Shown one piece after another: positions 47,402 through 57,497 of a DNA stretch of 64,000 bases (its first letter is position 1; each line of letters begins with the position of its first letter). The notes below the pieces were generated by a model. That model saw only the letters and a list, made by a program, of their open reading frames with translations, was not told where the DNA came from and ran no database searches. Origin of the DNA: Poseidonia sp. (GTDB lineage Archaea > Thermoplasmatota > Poseidoniia > Poseidoniales > Poseidoniaceae); assembly GCA_016779705.1 (NCBI GenBank), contig JADHNB010000002.1:1017-65016 (forward strand), given 5' to 3'. Made by a program: the position numbers and the translations under genes.

Positions 47402-49048
47402 ATGAAACCCCACAGGGCCATGGTTCATGTGCTTGAGACCGGCTTGGAATACCTCGACCTCAACAACCCCAACGGCAAACCCGCCGTGCGCGGCTACAAC
47501 ATCATCAACGGCCAACTCACCGATGCGAGCGACGGCGGAACCTTCGCCTCAACCAACCCTGCGTTGCTCGCCGATTGCCTGGGCCAATTCCCGCTTTCAA
47601 CTCGGGACGATGTCCGAACCGCGCTCAAGGCCGCCCACGAGGCGTTTCCTGCGTGGGCCGCCACGCCCGCCCCCACCCGGGGCCAAATCATTGGAAACAT
47701 GGGGCGCCTGCTCATGGAGCACAAAGACGCCTTGGTCGCTTTGGAAACCCGGGAAATCGGGAAAACGTTGAAGGAATCGGGTGGAGAAATCCAAGAGGCA
47801 ATTGACACTTGCCTGTTCTTTCAATCCGAAGGACGGCGACTGTACGGCCAAACGGTGAATTCGGAATTGCCCGACAAAGAGCTGTTCACCTACCGCCGCC
47901 CGCTTGGCGTCTGTGGCATCATCAACGCCTGCAACTTCCCCTCGGCCGTGCCGTTCTGGAAGATGATCCCCGCCATCATGTGCGGCAACACCTGCGTCTG
48001 GAAGAGTCCGCAAGACGCCCCGTTGCTCTCCTTTGCCCTCGCCCGAATCATGCACCAAGCAGGGTTGCCCGACGGCGTCATCAACCTCGTCCACGGCAAG
48101 GGAAGCGGTGCCGGACAATACTTGGTTGACGCTGTCGACGAAGGTTTGGTCAACAAAATTTCGTTCACCGGTTCAACCGAAGTCGGAAAGATGATCGGCG
48201 AAGTCTGCGGTCGAAACTTGGTCTCCTGTTCGCTCGAATTGGGCGGCAAAAACCCGCTGGTCGTGATGCCTTCCGCCAACCTTGACAACGCCGTAGAAGG
48301 CGCCTACTGGGGGGCCTTTGGCACCGCTGGACAACGCTGCACCAGCCTCGGCAACCTCATCGTTCACGAGGCCGTTTACGACGCCTTCATGGAGAAGTTC
48401 ATGGCCAAAGTGAAATCCACCCGCATTGGCAATTCCCTCGTTCACAAGGACGTGCTCTACGGCCCCATGCTTTCTGAAAAATACGCCAAGGACTTCCTCG
48501 CCGGCATCGAGATGGCCAAAGCCAGCGGGGCCACCCACCTTTGGGGGCAAGGGCCCGTCACCGCTGACAACGCCCCGGAGAATTTCGTCGGCGACGCCTC
48601 CGAAGGGGTCTTCATGTGGCCTCACGTCTTCGTGGACGTCACCGAGGACATGGCGTGCTTCCACGAGGAAATCTTCGGCCCGGTCGTCACCGTCGTGAAA
48701 GCCAACGACTTCGAACACGCCCTCCATCTCGCCAACGCCAGCCCCTACGGGTTGTCCTCGGCCATCTACACCAACGACCGCCTGGAAGCTTACCGTTACA
48801 AGACGGGCATCAAAGCAGGGATGACCGGAATCAACAACTCCACCACCGGCGCCGAGGCCCACCTGCCGTTTGGCGGGGTGAAGGGGTCGGGCAACGGCAC
48901 ACGAGAATCCGGCATTTGGGTCCTTGAAGCCTACTCGTATTGGCACGCCGTGAACGATGAACTGTCCGGCAAACTCCAGCTCGCCCAAATGGACGTCGAC
49001 GAGATTGAAACGGTCGAGGCTGAGGTCAATTGGTCTGAATTGGCCTGA
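47402..49048 (+). CDS. NAD(P)-dependent aldehyde dehydrogenase
   Basis: ISFTGSTEVGKMI, LELGGKNPLVV (catalytic Glu) and FGTAGQRCTSLG (catalytic Cys). Alternative start at ATG 47420. Confidence 0.85.
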   Translation: MKPHRAMVHVLETGLEYLDLNNPNGKPAVRGYNIINGQLTDASDGGTFASTNPALLADCLGQFPLSTRDDVRTALKAAHEAFPAWAATPAPTRGQIIGNMGRLLMEHKDALVALETREIGKTLKESGGEIQEAIDTCLFFQSEGRRLYGQTVNSELPDKELFTYRRPLGVCGIINACNFPSAVPFWKMIPAIMCGNTCVWKSPQDAPLLSFALARIMHQAGLPDGVINLVHGKGSGAGQYLVDAVDEGLVNKISFTGSTEVGKMIGEVCGRNLVSCSLELGGKNPLVVMPSANLDNAVEGAYWGAFGTAGQRCTSLGNLIVHEAVYDAFMEKFMAKVKSTRIGNSLVHKDVLYGPMLSEKYAKDFLAGIEMAKASGATHLWGQGPVTADNAPENFVGDASEGVFMWPHVFVDVTEDMACFHEEIFGPVVTVVKANDFEHALHLANASPYGLSSAIYTNDRLEAYRYKTGIKAGMTGINNSTTGAEAHLPFGGVKGSGNGTRESGIWVLEAYSYWHAVNDELSGKLQLAQMDVDEIETVEAEVNWSELA

Positions 49049-49143
49049 GAATCTTTCAATTTCGGCTCACGGCTCAATGGTGAACCTCAAAGACCCTGCG
49101 CAACTCGGAAGGGTTGTTCCCTACGGGAACACGGGTGAACCTC

Positions 49144-49983
49144 ATGGGCGAAGGCATCAAACTCCCGGTCATCAACGGATTGGGACGCACCAACCGAATC
49201 GACAATTGGTGGAGCCAACCGATGGCCATGGGCATCGGGCTCACCGCTGCCTTGGTCTACACGTTTTGGCGCCTGTTTCTCTACGGCACCGAAGCAGCCA
49301 ACGGAGCGTCGCTCATCTCGTACGAACTTCACGGGAGCACCGTGATGTCGCCCATTTTCTCCCCCAACGTCCTGGAATGGAACCTCTTCGGATTGAACGA
49401 GTGGAACCACCCCGAATGGGTCAATGCAGCCATCCTGGTGCTATGGATCCCCTTTGGTTTCCGAGGTACCTGCTACTACATGCGTCGTGTCTACTACCGC
49501 ACGTTTTTTGCCAGCCCCACGGCCTGCTGGGTGGACGAGCCCGACATCAACAAGGCCATTGGATACAAAGGCGAGAAGCGGTTGTTCATTTTCAACAACC
49601 TTCACCGCTACTTCCTGTACGCTGCGATGGTGATTTTGGTCATCAAATGGTGGGACGTCACCCACACAATGCACTTCGATTCAAGCGCCCACCATGGGTA
49701 CGGGGTCTCCATCGGCACCTTCGTGATGGCGATTGAAGCGTTCTTGCTCACGATGTACGTGACCTCGTGCCATGCCCTGCGCCACTTGGCAGGAGGCATG
49801 CTCGACCGTTGGACCACCGGCATCAGTCGGGTTCGCGGCCGTTTGTTTGGCAAGATCAGCGTGCTCAACCGGTCCCACGGCTTCTGGTTTTGGACCTCGC
49901 TCGCCTTCGTGTTCCTCGGTGACCTTTGGGTCCTGGCGGTGGCCGAAGGCCGCCTGAACGATGCGGTGCTGTTTGTGATTTGA
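49144..49983 (+). CDS. sdhC: Succinate dehydrogenase/fumarate reductase membrane cytochrome b subunit (single large b558-type subunit)
   Basis: About 280 aa with 5 predicted TM helices bearing conserved His (HRYFLY, SCHALRH). It lies directly upstream of sdhA. I chose the start at ATG 49144. Confidence 0.6.
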   Translation: MGEGIKLPVINGLGRTNRIDNWWSQPMAMGIGLTAALVYTFWRLFLYGTEAANGASLISYELHGSTVMSPIFSPNVLEWNLFGLNEWNHPEWVNAAILVLWIPFGFRGTCYYMRRVYYRTFFASPTACWVDEPDINKAIGYKGEKRLFIFNNLHRYFLYAAMVILVIKWWDVTHTMHFDSSAHHGYGVSIGTFVMAIEAFLLTMYVTSCHALRHLAGGMLDRWTTGISRVRGRLFGKISVLNRSHGFWFWTSLAFVFLGDLWVLAVAEGRLNDAVLFVI

Positions 49984-49989
49984 GGTGAG

Positions 49990-51846
49990 ATGATGGGCGA
50001 ACATATTACCAAACACGAATACGATGTCATCGTCATCGGCGCCGGTGGCGCAGGTCTTCGGGCGGCCATTGAAGCGGCCCGAAGCGGCGCGAAAACCGCC
50101 ATCATCACGAAGTCGCTGTTGGGGAAAGCTCACACCGTCATGGCCGAGGGTGGCTGTGCCGCCGCGCTTCAGAACGCCGACCCCCGTGACGGTTGGAAGG
50201 TGCACTTCCACGACACCATGAAGGGCAGCAAGTGGCTAGCCAACTGGCGCATGGCCGAATTCCACGCCAAAGAAGCGCCTGACCGGGTGCGAGAACTCGA
50301 ACAATGGGGTGCGGTGTTTGACCGAACGCCCAAGAACCTCATCAACCAACGAAATTTCGGTGGACACACCTTCCCCCGCCTCGCCCACGTCGGTGACGCC
50401 ACGGGCCTCGAGATCATTCGCACGTTGCAGGAACGGGGCATCCACGAAGGCATTGACATCTTCATGGAATACACGGTTCGCACGCTGCTCAAAGAAGGCG
50501 ACCGGGTTACGGGATGCGTCGCCTACACCCGAGTCAACGGCGATGTCCATGCCTTTTCCGCCAAGTCCGTGGTCCTCGCCACCGGCGGCATCACCCGCTG
50601 CTGGTCGGTCTGTTCCGGGTCATGGGAGTACACCGGAGACGGGCATGCGCTTGCGCTTTGGGCGGGTGCGGAACTTCGGGACATGGAGTTCGTTCAATTC
50701 CACCCAACGGGCATGGTTTGGCCACCCTCTGTCCGTGGCATCCTTGTGACCGAGGGGGTTCGTGGAGAAGGCGGTCGCTTGACCAACAGCGAAGGCAGTC
50801 GCTTCATGTTTGATTACGTTCCCGAAATGTTTGCTGGCGACCACGCTGACACCATCGAAGAAGCCGACCAATGGGTTGAGGAAGTCGTCAGCGGCAAACT
50901 CGCCACCGTCCGCCGCCCACCCGAACTGCTGACCCGTGACGTGGTGGCCAAAGCCATCAACGCCGAAGTCAAGGCAGGCCGAGGTTCGCCCCACGGTGGA
51001 GCCTTCCTCGACATTTCCCACCGAGGCGAAGAGGCGATTTTGAAGAAATTGCCGTCCATGCACCACCAATTCAAGGAACTCGCTGGCGTTGACATCAGCA
51101 AAGAGCCGATGGAAGTGGGCCCCACCGCACACTACGTGATGGGCGGTGTGCGTGTTGACGCCGAATCACAGGAAACGACCGTTCCCGGTTTGTTTGCCTG
51201 CGGCGAAGTGGCCTCTGGGCTTCACGGAGCCAACCGATTGGGTGGAAATTCACTCTCCGACCTCATCGTCTTTGGGAAGCGAGCCGGTGAATTCGCCGCA
51301 AAACGTGCCAAAGACCTCGCCCAACCCGCCATTGACGATGCTCAGGTCGAAAGCGCCGTGGCCGACATGTTGGCCCCACTCCAGCGAGACGGTGGCGAAA
51401 ATCCCGGCCGAATCTACGACGAAATGCGAGACATGATGCAAGCCAAGGTTGGCATCATCCGAACCAAGAGCGAACTCGAAGAAGCGCTTGAGGACATCAA
51501 AGCGTTCAAGCAACGGGCCATGGCGTGTTCTTCGGGTACTTCCCGGAAGTACAACTCCGGATGGCACCAAGCCTTGGACCTCATCAACATGGCCGACGTA
51601 TCCCATGCGGCGACCTTGGCCGCCATCACCCGAGAGGAAAGTCGAGGAGGTCACACGCGTGACGATTTCCCGACGCCCGAGGACGATTATTGGGGCAAGA
51701 CCCTCAACATCATCTGGATGGAGGACGGCGAGATGAAGATTCGACAAGAACCGGTGGAAGAGATGCGTGAAGACCTAAAGGACGCCCTCAAGGAAGTGAA
51801 AGCCATGATTGCGGAACGGGCTGCGGAAGTCGGAGGTGGAAATTGA
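49990..51846 (+). CDS. sdhA: Succinate dehydrogenase flavoprotein subunit
   Basis: YDVIVIGAGGAGLRAA, KAHTVMAEGG (FAD-linking His) and HYVMGGV. Confidence 0.95.
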   Translation: MMGEHITKHEYDVIVIGAGGAGLRAAIEAARSGAKTAIITKSLLGKAHTVMAEGGCAAALQNADPRDGWKVHFHDTMKGSKWLANWRMAEFHAKEAPDRVRELEQWGAVFDRTPKNLINQRNFGGHTFPRLAHVGDATGLEIIRTLQERGIHEGIDIFMEYTVRTLLKEGDRVTGCVAYTRVNGDVHAFSAKSVVLATGGITRCWSVCSGSWEYTGDGHALALWAGAELRDMEFVQFHPTGMVWPPSVRGILVTEGVRGEGGRLTNSEGSRFMFDYVPEMFAGDHADTIEEADQWVEEVVSGKLATVRRPPELLTRDVVAKAINAEVKAGRGSPHGGAFLDISHRGEEAILKKLPSMHHQFKELAGVDISKEPMEVGPTAHYVMGGVRVDAESQETTVPGLFACGEVASGLHGANRLGGNSLSDLIVFGKRAGEFAAKRAKDLAQPAIDDAQVESAVADMLAPLQRDGGENPGRIYDEMRDMMQAKVGIIRTKSELEEALEDIKAFKQRAMACSSGTSRKYNSGWHQALDLINMADVSHAATLAAITREESRGGHTRDDFPTPEDDYWGKTLNIIWMEDGEMKIRQEPVEEMREDLKDALKEVKAMIAERAAEVGGGN

Positions 51847-52613
51847 TGTCCCTCAAAGGCACCAAACAATCGTTCAACATTCTTCGTGGTGAAGGCGAGG
51901 ACGCCAAACTGGAAGCCTACGAGTTGGAACTCGATGAAGGCATGGTCGTGTTGGACTGCGTTCACCGCATTCAGCACGAACAAGAACCCGACATGGCCGT
52001 TCGCTGGAACTGCAAGGCGGGCAAGTGCGGCTCCTGTTCGGCTGAAATCAACGGGCGGCCTCGCCTGATGTGCATGACCCGAATGAGCGATGTCGTGGCT
52101 GAAACGCCGGCCGGACAACCGATTGAAATCCGACCCATGAAGACCTTCCCGCACGTCAAAGACCTCGTCACCGACGTGAGTTGGAACTACGAGGTTGCGC
52201 AACGCATCAAACCGATCAACGGCCCGGAGAACCTGGATTGGGAATTTAACCAGATGGAAGCCGACCGGGTGCAGCACTTCCGTGAATGCATCGAGTGCTT
52301 CTTGTGCGTCAACACCTGCCACGTGTTGCGAGATCACGCCCTGTTCGATGAATTCGCTGGCCCTCGAAACTTGGTCCGCTTGGCAAACTACGAAATGCAC
52401 CCCCTGGACATTGAGGACCGCATTCCAGAGATCAAGAAGGAATTTGGTGTGGAGTACTGCAACATCACCCGATGTTGCACGGAGGTTTGCCCAGCCGGCA
52501 TTCAAATCACGGACGACGCCATCATCCAACTCAAGGAACGCGTCGTTGACCGTTACTACGACCCGCTGCAACGAATATGGCGAACCCTCACCCGCAAGAA
52601 GGTCCGCTACTGA
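51843..52613 (+). CDS. sdhB: Succinate dehydrogenase iron-sulfur subunit
   Basis: CKAGKCGSCSAEINGRPRLMC, CIECFLCVNTC and CTEVCPAGI. ATGA overlap with sdhA. Confidence 0.9.
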   Translation: MMSLKGTKQSFNILRGEGEDAKLEAYELELDEGMVVLDCVHRIQHEQEPDMAVRWNCKAGKCGSCSAEINGRPRLMCMTRMSDVVAETPAGQPIEIRPMKTFPHVKDLVTDVSWNYEVAQRIKPINGPENLDWEFNQMEADRVQHFRECIECFLCVNTCHVLRDHALFDEFAGPRNLVRLANYEMHPLDIEDRIPEIKKEFGVEYCNITRCCTEVCPAGIQITDDAIIQLKERVVDRYYDPLQRIWRTLTRKKVRY

Positions 52614-53503
52614 CCGGCTTCGTACGACTCAGCCGCGAGCAGCCAATCGCGAATCCAGGTTTCCCCCCGCCCATCGTCCTGAAGCGTCGGATGGGCAATG
52701 GGACGGACGATGATGAGCAGGTCCAATTGACCCCCCCATGAGGCACTGGCCACCGCCACCACTTCACCGACCTTGGTCCCGCTGGGGTCCAACCCGATGG
52801 CGGTCGTCTTGATGTCAAACTGGCGGTAGGCCACTGAAATCATCACGTCCGATTGCACGCGCACGTCGAGCGCGGAAGGGGCTGGCACGTCTTCGAGGAC
52901 CACATCCTCAGGGTCCAGCGTAAAGGGCAATTCGTTATCGATGAGCTGGATGGCTTGATGCATCCGAGCGGTCTCCATGTTGAGGACGGAGGCGAGGGTC
53001 ATGGCGGTCCACTCCGCACCAAGCACCCCGGTTTGGTGAGGGAGGCGCAGCCGCAAGGATTGGAGGACCACCACATCACCGGTCACCCATGTGTACTGTT
53101 CGCTTGCAGGGAAAGGCGGCGCATGCGGGTTCTCAGTAAACAGCGGTTGACCCCAGGACTCGGGAGCAACCGGCGTTTCAACCGGAAGGAAACCGGAAGC
53201 TATGAGGCAGAGCACGGCCACCCCCACGACCAAGAAACGCGGCGTCCGGTGCTCGTTCCAATCGGCACGTCCGGCTGGGCTAGCCACGGACAACCCAAGG
53301 GCCAACGGAATGGCCAACAACGCCCCACCAGGGAGCAGCCACATGCTCACGGATACGAACACCAACAGACGGACACCGTCCAACCCCACGGGCTCCATCC
53401 ATGTTTGCCGTCCGTCGTTTGACCGTCGACGATGAAGGAACCACAACGCACCGCCCGCCCCCAGCAGCGGAGCAAGGGATTGAAGCGCACCCTGCCACAT
53501 CAT
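52607..53503 (-). CDS. Membrane protein (hypothetical)
   Basis: 298 aa with about 3 N-terminal TM helices, then a soluble domain. No motif recognised. Confidence 0.5.
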   Translation of the reverse strand: MMWQGALQSLAPLLGAGGALWFLHRRRSNDGRQTWMEPVGLDGVRLLVFVSVSMWLLPGGALLAIPLALGLSVASPAGRADWNEHRTPRFLVVGVAVLCLIASGFLPVETPVAPESWGQPLFTENPHAPPFPASEQYTWVTGDVVVLQSLRLRLPHQTGVLGAEWTAMTLASVLNMETARMHQAIQLIDNELPFTLDPEDVVLEDVPAPSALDVRVQSDVMISVAYRQFDIKTTAIGLDPSGTKVGEVVAVASASWGGQLDLLIIVRPIAHPTLQDDGRGETWIRDWLLAAESYEAGQ

Positions 53504-53589
53504 GAACGTCGCAAGGAAACGAGCACCTTCCGGTCATAGAGGTTCGCCTTTCGCCAAGGTTGATGCAAGGGATTCGACTCCCTTGCTTC

Positions 53590-54618
53590 ATGGCGGACCC
53601 CCTGTTGACCTTTGATGAGGTGCAACATCGTCACGCCGTCCCCGCCCCCAAGGCGTGGAAACCTTGGGCGAAACGAGCAGGTGCTGGGATTCATGGCATC
53701 TCGCTGAGCCTATACCCCGGCCAGGTCCTCGGTCTGGTCGGACCGAACGGGGCGGGCAAAACCACGCTTTTGCGAATGATGGCGGGCGTGTTGCCCATCC
53801 AATCGGGGACGGTGACCGCACCGACCGAGGACCGTCACTCCGTGGCCGTTGAGGACCTACGGAACTGGGCGGGTCACATGCCCGAACAGGTACGTTGGCA
53901 AGGCGCCATCACCGTGGTGGACATGCTGGAGCAACTCAGCGACATGCGTGGGCAAAGGCATCATCACCTTCATGGGTTGTTGAACTTGGTCGGCTTGCAC
54001 GAACGGGCCGAGGAGCCGTTGGACAACCTGAGCCAAGGCATGCGGCAACGCCTCTCCATTGCGGCCGCTTTGTTGGGCTCTCCCAAGGTGCTGCTCCTCG
54101 ACGAGCCGTTCAACGGTTTGGACCCCGTCGCCGCTGAGGCGTTTGCGGCGCTTGTTCGCCGTCTGGCTGGAAAGGGCGTGAGCATCGTGATCTCTTCGCA
54201 CATGGTGACCCAATTGGAAGGCTTGATCGACCGAATCGCCCTTTTGCACCGAGGGCAACTCCTTGACGAAGGGCCGCTGGCGGACGTTGAAAAACGACTG
54301 GCTTTGGACGGGCGGTACCAACTGACCGGGCCCGGTGAACTGGACGACACGAACTTCCTTGGTCACCTCGACACCGATGTTCTGGTTACGAAGTCAACCG
54401 AAGCGTCGTGGTCGTTGACGGTTCGTGGCGATGCCGAGCGTGTCCTGCAAGCCTGCAACGACCACGGACTCTCCGTGGCGTCATGGGCGCCCGTGAAACC
54501 CAATCTTGTTGAGTGGTTGTGCGCCGCCACGGGGATGAGTTTGGACGACATCAGTTTGGACGTGGCGTCTTCGGCCATGGTACCGATGATGGCCATGGAG
54601 GCGATGGAAGATGAGTGA
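53590..54618 (+). CDS. ABC transporter ATP-binding protein (ABC-2 type)
   Basis: Walker A GPNGAGKTT, signature LSQGMRQRL, Walker B LLLDEP. I chose the start at ATG 53590. Confidence 0.85.
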   Translation: MADPLLTFDEVQHRHAVPAPKAWKPWAKRAGAGIHGISLSLYPGQVLGLVGPNGAGKTTLLRMMAGVLPIQSGTVTAPTEDRHSVAVEDLRNWAGHMPEQVRWQGAITVVDMLEQLSDMRGQRHHHLHGLLNLVGLHERAEEPLDNLSQGMRQRLSIAAALLGSPKVLLLDEPFNGLDPVAAEAFAALVRRLAGKGVSIVISSHMVTQLEGLIDRIALLHRGQLLDEGPLADVEKRLALDGRYQLTGPGELDDTNFLGHLDTDVLVTKSTEASWSLTVRGDAERVLQACNDHGLSVASWAPVKPNLVEWLCAATGMSLDDISLDVASSAMVPMMAMEAMEDE

Positions 54619-55441
54619 TCTGCGCCGTATTCTCAAGGTCGCTGCGCGACTTCGCAACGAACGGCTTGTCGGCGTTCGTCTGAAAGTGATGCTACCCATT
54701 CTGATTTTGTTTTTGCCCGGCTTGGCCTGGGGGTTTTCCGACCCGAACATCGTTTTGCCAGGGGGGCATCAGCCCGACACCGCGATGGAAGTGCTCTTCT
54801 ATGCCTCGCTGGGGGTGGTGTTTGGCGCCACCATGTGCGGTGTGCTGATGGCGTTTGATGGGGTGAGCAAAGACCGGGCCAGCGGGATGCTTGAAATTCG
54901 GTTGGCACAACCGATGCCACGACAACACCAGGCCGCAGCCCTCGTTCTCGGACACGCTCAGGCCATTCTGATTCCCGTTTACACCCTGCTCATCCTGACC
55001 GTGGTGGTGGTTCGTTTCCGAATGGGGGAGTGGCCCACACTGACCGAAGCGATGGTCTACGGTCTCTCAACGGGATTGATCGTGCTCTGGTACACCTTGT
55101 TTGCCCTGCTGGCCTCAACCACGGCGAAGGAGCAAGGGACTGCGATCGCTTTCGGGGTGGGGGTGTGGTTCTTTTTCACCTTCCTTTGGGCGTTGGTCAC
55201 CACCATGGTCGCTTATGCGTCGGGAGTTGCGGTGGGTGAACCAAACGACCCGACGTGGGTGGCGCTCGAAGGCATGCTCGACATGTTATCACCCAACGGC
55301 GTCTACCATCATTTGCTCGAAACGCAACTGCCCACCATTGACCGGGGCATCGCCGCTTGGCAGGCTTGGTTGGCCGCTTTGCTGTGGACGGTGTTGCCGT
55401 GGTGGGCCTTGCATCGACGCATGGAAGCCTTGGTTCCGTGA
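54611..55441 (+). CDS. ABC-2 type transporter permease
   Basis: 276 aa with about 6 TM helices. It overlaps the ATPase gene by 8 nt. Confidence 0.65.
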   Translation: MSDLRRILKVAARLRNERLVGVRLKVMLPILILFLPGLAWGFSDPNIVLPGGHQPDTAMEVLFYASLGVVFGATMCGVLMAFDGVSKDRASGMLEIRLAQPMPRQHQAAALVLGHAQAILIPVYTLLILTVVVVRFRMGEWPTLTEAMVYGLSTGLIVLWYTLFALLASTTAKEQGTAIAFGVGVWFFFTFLWALVTTMVAYASGVAVGEPNDPTWVALEGMLDMLSPNGVYHHLLETQLPTIDRGIAAWQAWLAALLWTVLPWWALHRRMEALVP

Positions 55442-55460
55442 CGGAATCAGGCAATTGTTC

Positions 55461-57449
55461 ATGAAGGAAAAAGTCCACCGAGGGGGTATGACACCCCGCC
55501 CGCAACTGACCGCTTTCACCTCCATCGCCATGGTTTTGCTGATGCTTTCCGTCGTGTCGTCACCCGTCCTGACCGCCTTGGATGAGTCTCCAAGCATTGT
55601 CCTCCCCGCTGAAGGGCGGCAAGATGGACTGGACGTGGATTGCAGTGGTTATTCCTTTGAAGACCTCTTTGAATACGACTTCGCGCTCTTTGAACTCGAC
55701 ATCCTTGACGATTGGGCCACCGGCGACATGTACGCCAATGCTTGGGTCAACGGGTCCAATTCCGCCATCGTTCGGGACAACCTCGACGGTTTGTTTGAGG
55801 GCCTGCCCGGGGGCGATAACGACTGGATCAGCACCGACGAGCGAGACGCCGTACGGAGCATCGGCCCCAAGTGCATCGCCGACATGGAAACTCGACTGGG
55901 TCTTCGAGAGGGCATCCCCCACTCTGGTGGAGTCGATTGGAACGATTTTGAATTCGTCGAGGACGGCATCGGATTGGACGAGGTGAACTTGGTCCCTCAA
56001 GGGCATGCTGACGCCCGTTCATGCACCAATTTTGGAGCGGCAGCGGATTGCAAAGAAGTGCCCACCACAACCACCGATGACATGGAAATCAGCCTTGCCG
56101 TGGCCGACGGCCAAACCCACAACGTGCGATGGGACCAATTGCCCAACAGCGGCGCCTCCAATTTCACCCTCGCGTTGAACATCACCAACATGAGCAACGC
56201 GGCCTTGCGAGTCACCTTCCCCGTTCTTCAGGGGCTACGAATGTACGACTTCAGGGTCACCCACAACGCCCCTGATGGGGGCCAATCCTGCGATTACATC
56301 GGCGAGCCCTCGTTCAGGTACCTCGGCGACGGTTCGTTGCAGGTCACCCAACTCGTGAGTTTTGACCGAACCCAATGGGATTTGGAATGCAACCTGTTCA
56401 TGGATTTCACCACGGAAGAACCCGCCACCAACGATGTCCCAGCGTGGACCGCCGATGCACCCGCCGACGGCACCAAGATCCCAACATCAGGTGCTGGAAC
56501 ATGGCAATTTGCGGAGGCCAGCACCGGAAACGGGTGGGCCACCGATGAAAACGGATGGGCCTTGAACTGTGCGTTCGACGAAGCCGGGTGGAGCGTCACC
56601 ACCAACGTGCTTGGCGACTTCTATGTCACGCAGCCCACGGGTTCGGTGCAATCAACCGCCGTCTGTCAAGCGGTGGACCCTTTGGGAGCCACCGACGAAA
56701 ACAACACCCGAACCTGGGTCTTTGGTACGCTCTACAGCGCCACCGGAGTGCTTGATGAAACGGGAAGCAGCGCGACGCTGACCGTCACGTCTGCGGGATT
56801 GGTGGACGAATTCATGTTTGAAGTGCGTGCCGCCCAAGGCACCAACCTCGGTGCCGCAGGGAACGCCGTAGCGGTGACGGGAACGGCCCCCACCGAAGTC
56901 GTCGTTTCTCTCGACAACCTGAGGCCCGGTTCCTTTTCCTTTGTCAGCCATGCAGAAGCGAACAACATGATGGCGTACAACGGCAACATCGATCTCGGCC
57001 TGAGCAAACCAAACGCCCCACCAACCCTCTCCGTGGCCGTGAACTTCAACGGTGAGAACGCCACCTGGGACGAAAGTCAACTCAAATTCAGCATGTACGG
57101 CCTGGTGTCCGACCCTGACCTCGAAGTGGTGACCATGCAACTCACCATCTGTGGAAGCAATTACCAAGGCTTTGACATCAACGGCATCAATTGGAACGTT
57201 GAAGTCTCCACGGCGATTTGCATGGCGAACGGGCTCACGGACTACGATGTGTTGATCAAAGCCACCGACGAATCCGGTGCCACCACCGAATTGGTGGTTG
57301 GTGTGAACGCTCCCGTGATCGATGACACGCCGGTGGCTCCTGATGAACCCGATAACGGTGGTGAAGAAGCGATTCCGGCAGCCTCCCTGTTGGCCACGAT
57401 GTGCATGCTTGGTGCTGCGGTTCTGCTCGGTCGGAAAACCGAGGAATGA
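55461..57449 (+). CDS. Secreted surface protein with C-terminal TM anchor (hypothetical)
   Basis: I chose the start at ATG 55461 (MKEKVHRGGMTPRPQLTAFTSIAMVLLMLSVVSSPVLTA, signal/anchor). Asp/Asn/Thr-rich ectodomain with a Ca-loop-like GGDNDWISTDERD. C-terminal helix LLATMCMLGAAVLLG followed by RKTEE. Confidence 0.7.
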   Translation: MKEKVHRGGMTPRPQLTAFTSIAMVLLMLSVVSSPVLTALDESPSIVLPAEGRQDGLDVDCSGYSFEDLFEYDFALFELDILDDWATGDMYANAWVNGSNSAIVRDNLDGLFEGLPGGDNDWISTDERDAVRSIGPKCIADMETRLGLREGIPHSGGVDWNDFEFVEDGIGLDEVNLVPQGHADARSCTNFGAAADCKEVPTTTTDDMEISLAVADGQTHNVRWDQLPNSGASNFTLALNITNMSNAALRVTFPVLQGLRMYDFRVTHNAPDGGQSCDYIGEPSFRYLGDGSLQVTQLVSFDRTQWDLECNLFMDFTTEEPATNDVPAWTADAPADGTKIPTSGAGTWQFAEASTGNGWATDENGWALNCAFDEAGWSVTTNVLGDFYVTQPTGSVQSTAVCQAVDPLGATDENNTRTWVFGTLYSATGVLDETGSSATLTVTSAGLVDEFMFEVRAAQGTNLGAAGNAVAVTGTAPTEVVVSLDNLRPGSFSFVSHAEANNMMAYNGNIDLGLSKPNAPPTLSVAVNFNGENATWDESQLKFSMYGLVSDPDLEVVTMQLTICGSNYQGFDINGINWNVEVSTAICMANGLTDYDVLIKATDESGATTELVVGVNAPVIDDTPVAPDEPDNGGEEAIPAASLLATMCMLGAAVLLGRKTEE

Positions 57450-57497
57450 ACCGACACAACCAAAAAGACCCGTCAGCAGGAATCGATAGGTCTCACC

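Noticed and set aside
55101-55460. An upstream extension of the surface-protein ORF overlapping the ABC permease. Similar N-terminal extensions occur in the track ORFs for pyrB (33723), pepA (14389), ths (18823), cdc48 (47274), ncs6 (36510), cobB (25756), albA (6614) and sdhC (49114).
   Set aside because: The extensions overlap neighbouring genes or add sequence with no homology. Internal ATGs coincide with the conserved N-termini of the families.
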